From: Trichoplax adhaerens
Lineage: Eukaryota; Animalia; Placozoa
DNA length: 64,000 nucleotides
Assembly: GCF_000150275.1 (NCBI RefSeq)
Contig: NW_002060943.1
Location: forward strand, 6,812,299 to 6,876,298
Reading direction: 5' to 3'
The notes beneath the pieces are model-generated. The model searched no databases and was not told where the DNA came from. It saw only the letters and a list, made by a program, of their open reading frames with translations. Position 1 is the stretch's first letter. Every line of letters begins with the position of its first letter. The translations under genes and the position numbers were made by a program. Positions 55,745 through 64,000 of this stretch are shown here, piece by piece.

Positions 55745-57305
55745 ATAACAGCCTGAGACACCACAATAAATACTAGATTTATTAATCTTTTCACTGTTGG
55801 TCTTGTATGGACGGCATTAGCTAAAATATTCCATATCCGCGTGTATAGCTTGTAATTTTAACAGTGTAAATCGCAATCTTTCACATATTAATTATAGCAG
55901 GCCAGATTTTAGACCATATAAGCATTTTTGTTGATCTACTAAAATAACCGGAAATGGTACATTATGATTTAGAACGGTAGTAGACCATTAGCAGCGTAAA
56001 ATGATTTTTATATAGATGTCACAAACTTATGTTGCGAACTACTACACTAAACTAATAGATTACTTATGCCTTGCTCCACTACACCTGGAGATCTACTGTA
56101 TGGTAATTGTTTACTACTTTCGGTCACACAGGGATAAGACTGTTCTAAAAGATTAGTATAGTTTTTATTAGTAGAGAGTAGCCGAGTACCTTCTCGTACA
56201 CGATCTAATAATTACCAATATGATCCATTAGCTGAATACTGACAAAATCTATTTAATTAGCAAGTAAGGTGCTTTGCTCCGTAACAATAGATTATCATAC
56301 AAGTAGTATGGACGCAAATTCGTAACTCAGCAAGAGCTCAGCCCGCCTAGACTAAAGACCGATAGAAATCATAACTTCGTATTTTATTACTAGTAAGCTG
56401 CCCAACATGTTATGCTTTATCCAGATTTGATTGAAAATCATCAATAATTTTAAGCATATAAATTCCAGTAATATCAACAAAAAGTACCGATAATATTTAG
56501 GCGTATCTAAGTACTACAATAAAACGAGTTTTGAAAAACTTTGTGTAGATAGAATCTGGTATCTATATATGCAGCTCTGACATAGAATGATTGACGATTG
56601 ATGGGTGCATGAGATATCTCATTGTAGATGCCTTACATTTATATCCTCGCTTTTACATTTTAGCCATTCCTATAACTAATCCATTTGTTAAAAATGTAAA
56701 GGAAAGATCTACTGTATCGAATCAAATAACAAATTTTATGAATACAACAATACCTTATTTGAAATCTCATCCTCAAACAAGGCTTCAATTTTTCAGAAAT
56801 TAAAATATAAATAACCCTTAAGTAAACTTACCACCCTAACTAGAGGTATCCGAAAAATTTGATAGCTTTAGCATTAGAAGTTTCAGAACTAATTTTTAAA
56901 ATATGGAGGAAATTAATTTGTCTAGCAGGAAATTCTAACAAGTCTATGATTTAGTAGTCAACGAATATCTTATAAGTTTGCTTATATATCGTGAAATGAG
57001 GAATATAGTATGAGACAATTTATTAGCGATATGAGAGTGAAAAACTAGCTTTTCTTGAATTTACGGCAAATTAGCGGTAATTATCCTGCAAAGGTGCTAA
57101 ACTAGTTACATGCAGTTCTATATGATATTCCACGAAAATAAGAAAAATGAGTTTATAAAGGAAGGCTTCAAAATCGGAAAGTAAACATGCTTCAGATGCA
57201 AACCAAGAGAAAAGAAAAGATTAAAAATGGAATTAAGGCAATAAAAATGGGGTAACTAGCTATCTAGAATTTGGAGCCACAAATGATGATAGCTACTAGT
57301 CTAAG
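55745..57305 (+). pseudogene. OATP/SLCO pseudogene 2 (decayed copy most like copy 6)
   Basis: Exon-6 relic from 56844: S*NEEYSMRQFY*RYESEKLA versus copy 6 LWNEECDTRQFCWRYDNSKLS. TGCAAAGGT and TTCAGATGCAAACCA (57191-57205) match copy 6, and GAGCCACAA occurs near the end. Weaker exon-4 (~55745-55860) and exon-5 (~56550-56700) traces. Confidence 0.75.
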
Positions 57306-58692
57306 CACATAACCACGTCATGTGTCATAAATAGTAGTTAATAAATTAAATTATGTCGTAGATTAGCTAGATATTGCTAGCTTTAAATCCATAGCAGAGA
57401 TCAAAAATTTATACAGAAGATAGAGAAGAAAAACATAAATATATTGTCATAGCATAGTAATGGCAATATGTATCTATTGCATATTTTAAATCTGCTTGTT
57501 AAAGGTTGCTCACAGCATAAATTTCTATTCTTGCCCTATAACATAGACCGTTATTATATTTGAAATGAATTAGTTAAAGTTATTAAAGTATTGCCTCCTA
57601 GCCTAAATTACTAGGTAAAATATCTCTTTTCGCAACGTTTATGTATTTAGAGAAGAAACGTCAAGTCTAATTTTCAAAATGAAATGCGTATCAGCAAGAT
57701 TCTCCCAACAGCCAAGTCCATATACTACCGTATGCTTGTAGCACAAATGTACAGCCGTTTAGGTCATGAGATGATCATTGGAAATCTTCTTATTAGTGAT
57801 ATCGAAAAGTTGTACCCTATTTTTAGTTTCAGAGAGGAAACAGCGCTATAGATAAGAAAATTGCTAATATTGGATATCCATGCGGTATAAGATTGATACT
57901 GAAACATTTAAAAATCAATAACACCCAGACTTAATCCAAAATAAATCTAGCCAGCTGCCTATCAGATAATGCGTCGCCTAACAAACAACAAATCATGTGC
58001 TAGTTGCTGATAGAATTCATATAAGTTTTTCCATGGTATTAGATATAATACTGATTTTATAACTGCAATATGCCATTTGTTTATCGTAGTTAACGTATTG
58101 TTTATAATTAATCTAGGGTCATATTTTCTAAAGGCTAAGTAGGACAATCCACTTGCTTCCATGCTTAATATTATACTGCCCTTTTTCTGACCTTTCCGCG
58201 AAGTGTAAAACACCTACGCATTTTTCCTTGACCATTTAATCGTAGCAAAGGCTGAATTATCCTCATTCCAATTTGTATACTCAGTGGACAGGAGTGCTTG
58301 AAATTTAAAAGGTACTGTATTGGATATAGTTTAAGAACATTTCTACTTATATTAAAACTTAAAGGTCATTCTATAAAAGCACATGCCTTAGTACTTGATT
58401 TACCAATGGATACTAAAATGTTATCTTTGGGAATTCATACCCCTCTAGTTTTTATTAAAAACATTATTTTAGGTAAATTTATACTCTTCTAGTTTTAATC
58501 AATCCTACCGATTTTTGAACGGATCGTAAAATCATCAATCTGAATGAATGCAGTTCACTTAATAATAACCCGGCATAATTTTCAAAATGTAGAGCTGTTA
58601 TAATTACCTAATTGTACTTCATAAAATTATCCTGATTTCAACATTTATTATTTGCTCTATTCTAGATAATAAAGGACTGCATTTTATCAAAA

Positions 58693-61600
58693 ATGGAATC
58701 CGAGACAGTTCAAGAATCAATAGACAATAAAAAGCAAGAGAATGATGAGAAGGAAACACCTAATTCCGTGGAATCTAATCCACCTCAAGATGACCAGAAA
58801 TCAGAAAACGATCCTAAGGTAGAAGCCGATTCTGAAGAATCGAACTCGCTTCAAGAATCCACGGATGATCAAAAATCAGAAAATGATGAAAAGGAAATTT
58901 CAGATTCTGCAGAATCTAATACTGCTCAAGAAAACATGGATCAAACGTCAGTAAAGGATGAAAAGGAAACGACAGATCAACAAAAATCAGAAAATGATGA
59001 AAAAGAGAAAGATGCCGCGGAATCTGATCAGCAAAATTTACAAAGCCATGAAAAACAAATTCCAGACTCTACCGAAGATAATCCTAAAGTTATTGTGCAA
59101 ATAGACTCTAAGGAAAATGAAATTGATGACCAAGTAGGAGCAGTACATCCAGTTAAATTTGGCTGGCTTAGCTATCGACCTGATTATCTACAACGGTTTA
59201 ACTCACCTCGTTGGCTATTAGCGCTGCTGTGCTTTTATGCCGTCATAGTGAATATAGAACTTTTAGGATTTCGTGGTGTAGTAGTACCGCAGATTGAAAA
59301 GCGATTTAATATGACATCAACATTTATTGGCTCAATTATGAGTACTGTCGATATTTCAAGCGGAATTTGTGGTGTTTTATTAACATATTACGTCGGACAA
59401 CGTCATAAAAGTAAATGGATTGGTTATGGAATTATTTGTTTAAGTTTTGGCTCGGTTATATTTGCGTTGCCCCATTTCATTGCAGGGCCATATTATTATC
59501 TCAATATAGCCACCAATAACACGCAAACTACTAGCACATTATGCAGTTCTAATGCTATGAACGTTTCTAATAATTTGTGCACTAGTGCAACACATCAGAG
59601 TTCACCATGGATTTATCCAGTAATATTTATTGGAGGCCTTGTGTTTTGTGGTATTGGTTACAGTATTCAATATAATGTAGGCTTAGCTTATATTGATGAA
59701 AATGTTAGCCCTAAGATATCACCAGTATACATTGCTCTATTTCATATGGTGGCTGTTATAGGACCAACATTAGGCTATGTAGTGGGTGGAGTTTTTAGCA
59801 ATGTCTACGTCGATTGGCCTGCAACTCCAAAAGGTATTGATAACTTTTAAGAATAATGAACTATTAATTTTCCAAGTGGTACACCGATTATGAGTATTAT
59901 ATATTTGTTAAATTTACCGTCAAATTTAATAATATAAGTATATATCTATATCATTAAAACGACCGTATTGTTTGTGAAATATTTATAATAATAAAAGCAT
60001 AACTGAGTGCTAACTGCAAATACATGTACATAATTAGTAATTTATTTTTGTTGTATATGCCGTCAAATTTAATGACTATACGTATATGTCTACATTATTA
60101 GAAGGTCATATCCATATAAAATATTTAGTAAAGGCACAGCTGACTGCTGCCCGTGGATATAATTTTTATATTATAAACAATAGAATTTGCAATAAAATTC
60201 TTAATACTCATTTATCGTTGCAGATCTTAAGCAGGACGATCCACGCTGGATTGGCGCTTGGTGGTTAGGCTACTTAATTGTGGGTGCAATTGCATTTGTC
60301 ACTTCACTTTTAATATTCGCATTTCCATATCATTTGCCTACTTATCAAAAAAGTAAAGAGAAAAGACTTGCTCTATCCAAGACATCTAAAAAAGTTGATA
60401 ATCAATATGGCAAGCGATGGGCTGATTTCCCCCGTGCTTTCTATGACGTTATCAGCAATCGAATATTTTTGCTAGCAGTACTAGGTTTAAGTCTGGATCA
60501 AATTCCAACAATTGGCCTTCTAACATTTCTGCCAAAATTTATTCAATCACAAAGCGGAGCATCTTTACTAACAGCGACCACGTTGGCTGGTGTAACTGCA
60601 GTAGTAAGCGCGGCTATCGGACAAGTCTCGGTAAGTATAAAACTTTCTAATATTTAATACGATTACAGCAAGTAATATTTCAGCATTTTCATGTTAATGG
60701 AACTTATCAACTACAGTTGAAATTCACAGTTCTGTATGATCGATATGGATACTCGTACTTTACAGCATACGTAATATATTATAAAGATGGTAGAACTATT
60801 AATGTAACTCAAAATATAACATCGTCGCAATCGATTAAAGTAAGCAAAGTACACGATGATGACAATCGTAAAGAAATGATGAAGATGACCTCTCGAATAT
60901 TTATTACCCATCCAACTTAACTAAGAAAATTAAAATACCGTATACTCCCAATATTTCTAGGTTTCGTATAATCGCTTTTTTTAAACTAACACAAAGTTAT
61001 ATTATATTACATGTTTCAGAGCGGAATTATCGTTAAACGCTGGAACTTGGTTGGCTCTAAAATATCTCGATTCTGCTTTTATGCCGCCATTGCCAATGTA
61101 ATCTCAGCCTGTGTACTACTCATGTCCTGTAGTAATCCCACCATTGCTGGCATTTATACGCCTTATCCGCCTTCTAATATCACAATGCGTTCTCAGTATG
61201 TTAGGTTTCACTTTTATTTTAGATATACATTTAGCAATGGAAAATTAATAGTGACTGTACAAGTACTATTTTAGACCTAAAAGATGATAATGATGATTTG
61301 ACATTTTAAGGGCAACAACTCAATCCGTACAACCGACTGCAGCGTGTAATATCAAATGCCATTGCGATAATAGCTTATTCAGCCCTGTTTGCGGCGCTAA
61401 CGGAATAACTTACCAATCTCCATGCCACGCCGGATGCAATGCATTATTAGCCACTGGTAGTCCTGCTACAATGGTACTCTATTATATATACATATCAACT
61501 GATAGAATTTTTAATACACATACAATGTTACAAAATTATACCTAAAATATCTATAACAAATACTAACATAAGCTTTAGCCTAATTTATAGCAACCTTTAT

Positions 61601-62827
61601 TTTTATATGTAGAATTATACTGGATGTAGTTGTATTAACTCTAAAACAGAAAAGGTAGCCATAAGAGGGTTTTGTTCAGGTGAAAGTTGCACGATTGTAT
61701 ATCCCCTAATGGTTGGTATCGTCGTTATGGTGATTATCACCTTTATTTCATTTTCGCCGACGTTAACCATAATTCTGAGGTAATTAAAGTCGTACGTTAT
61801 TAATATCCTTACAAGCACTTGTAAGCAAGTGAAAATTCCAATTATAATAGAAGGGTGTTAGTATATCAATTTCGCCCAACATATAAGTATATGCAGATAT
61901 GAATTGCAGGATCTAAATTATTGCTTTATGCTAAATCTATTAATATATAGAAGTGGATTAAAACTAGAGCTAGCTAATAAATAGTAATGTTACATTAATA
62001 GATTAGAGCGAATACCAAAAGCAGTTGATTATATGAATTAATTCTAAACTACTAATACAATAGAGCTATGTATTGACAGCGAAAAATTCGACCTAAATCT
62101 GTGTTCTATTGTATATTTATAAAAGTAGCCTATTAAAATAGTTTTTTAAAGATATAATAGTGAATCCGGTTGGATAGAGATAATAATATAACTGCTTATA
62201 AATAAGTAACTTTGAAATAATCTATGTCCGCCAAATTTTAGGAGTATCCCAGAAAGTCAAACTACATTTGCAATGGGAGTCGAAGGATTGATTTTTAGAA
62301 TAGTGGGAGGATTACTCGGTCCAGTAGTCTACGGATATGTCATGGATGTTTCTTGCATATTATGGAATGAGGAATGCGATACTAGACAATTTTGTTGGCG
62401 ATATGATAATAGCAAGCTCTCGCTCTACATGTTTACAGCAACCATTATTTGCAAAGGTATAAAATTAATTATTTACGGCTTGTTGTGGTATTTCCACAAA
62501 CAGCAGGAAGTGGCTGAAGCAGAAGCAACCGCAGATCAGAAAGAAAAGCCTGTTTCAGATGCAAACCATGAAGAAACCAAAGAAAAAGAAGAGGCATTTG
62601 ACGCAGAAGAAGAATTTAACAAGGAAAAAGAACTCTCTGATAAAGAGAAAGAAGCTAACAAGGAACAAGAAGTATCTGAAGGAGAGAAGGAAGTTAATAA
62701 GGAACAAGAACTACCCGATGAAGATAAAGAAGTTAGTAAGGAACAAGAAGTATCTGAAGGAGAGAAAGAAGTTAACAAGGAACAAGAACTAGATACTTCG
62801 TCTCAAAATGCTGAGCCACAAGCCTAA
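58693..62827 (+). CDS. OATP/SLCO transporter, copy 6, subfamily B, with acidic repeat expansions at both termini
   Basis: Exons 58693-59833, 60224-60630, 61020-61195, 61311-61473, 61613-61779, 62242-62827. DPRWIGAWWLGYL, PVCGANGITYQSPCHAGC. Confidence 0.95.
62618..62795 (+). repeat. Coding 39-bp (13-aa) tandem repeat NKEQE(V/L)S(E/D)xEKE(V/A), about 4.5 units
   Basis: NKEKELSDKEKEA NKEQEVSEGEKEV NKEQELPDEDKEV SKEQEVSEGEKEV NKEQELD in the copy 6 C-terminal tail. Confidence 0.9.
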
Positions 62828-64000
62828 GATACCTTCAAGAATACCAGTTTAATATCTAGATGTTAGTTTAATATTGCTAGATTTTTCTATAAAGCCAGAG
62901 AATTCAATATTCTGCATAAAAGTAGAATATTTACCAGTGGTACTATTTTGCTACGAGAACAGCCATCCTACAACTAAGCAAATGAAATATGGTATGAAAA
63001 TTGCGTATATATATATATATAAGTTTTATTTAGTTTAGCTTCTTTGTATGACATTCGTCACTAAAATTGAAATAACATTGCTTATTTATGTACTGTACAA
63101 CCCAATTTGTCAAGTAGTGTAACGTGTTCTTTTGAAAACTGTTGTGTGTATTTTTATTTTTGTCTCCAAAATTGATATTCTGACTTCATTTTAAATAAAT
63201 ATGCTAACTTTATCGCAGTAGTATCTTGAAGGCGCAAATTTCAACCGTAGAATGTACCTTCATTTTGCCTGTACATCAAGCAAACAACTCAAACATGTTG
63301 CAAATCAAAATCTTGCATGAATAAGTTTATGATCTTTTTGAGCTAATAAAATTTTAATCATATTAACGCAAGCTATTCTAAATTACAGTATTAATATAGA
63401 AATGTTTAAAATATTGCCATTATTAGTACATGCGTATATGTCCTTTAATGCCGTTTTATTGTTGTATAGTGAATTATACTTTATAATGGCGGTCAGCAAT
63501 GCCCAAGGCCCTTACCTTGTCGAGTTTATATACGCATATAAGCATATATCTTTCGAAAAGTAATGCAAAATGATAAGTTTAGTTTAGCTATTGAAGAGAT
63601 TACTTAAATGAAATCACATATTGCAATCATTAACTAAGGAAAATTTATCATAGGTTATTATTATAACATCCACTCTTATGGTTATTCCATTTACTAGAAA
63701 TACGATTTTGTTTATTTAAGCGAAAAAGTTAATCATGCGTATATTACAAATAAAAGTCCATAGTTATCACTATCACAATAAAGATGATAATTCGTTTATC
63801 CATACGGAATAAATCTGAAGTATTCCGAGCTCAAAGCGGATTGAAGTCTTTCCTCCCATGTGAGCTCATCTCTGTATTTCTTAGCTACGTAACATCTACA
63901 TTTCGTTAAATCCATTTATGACAACTTGATTAATCTATAATCCGATATGAGTCATCAAACAAAATGCTGTTCTTAAATAGTACATCAATATTTTCTACAA

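Noticed and set aside
62536-62792. Antisense Ser/Leu-rich ORF and alternate-frame Lys-rich ORF
   Set aside because: Shadows of the purine-rich coding repeat in OATP copy 6.

Overview
AT-rich (roughly one-third GC by eye) eukaryotic genomic DNA with many short GT-AG introns. The gene density, intron size and TACTG/CAGTA-rich noncoding DNA suggest a basal animal, probably a placozoan (Trichoplax-like); this is inference only. All recognisable genes are on the + strand. In order: (1) the 3' part of a CDC25-type RasGEF gene (1-~2751); (2) a GC-rich array of eight 42-bp conserved cores with variable palindromic linkers (4711-5369); (3) a complete 8-exon PDCD10/CCM3 gene (6164-9986, 211 aa) with a degenerate ~75-bp repeat array in its long intron; (4) a ~48-kb tandem cluster of six intact 6-exon OATP/SLCO transporter genes in two subfamilies, plus two clear pseudogenes (44430-46118, ~55745-57305) and a possible third relic. 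The observations most worth following up are an unannotated ~620-nt densely base-paired element at 37444-38060 (candidate structured ncRNA), the higher-order repeat array in front of PDCD10, a UUU-UAA stop in OATP copy 1 followed by a paralog-homologous +1-frame tail, and turnover of C-terminal PDZ-binding motifs and acidic repeats across the paralogs. All splice models were built by hand from GT/AG sites and reading-frame continuity. No database searches were run.
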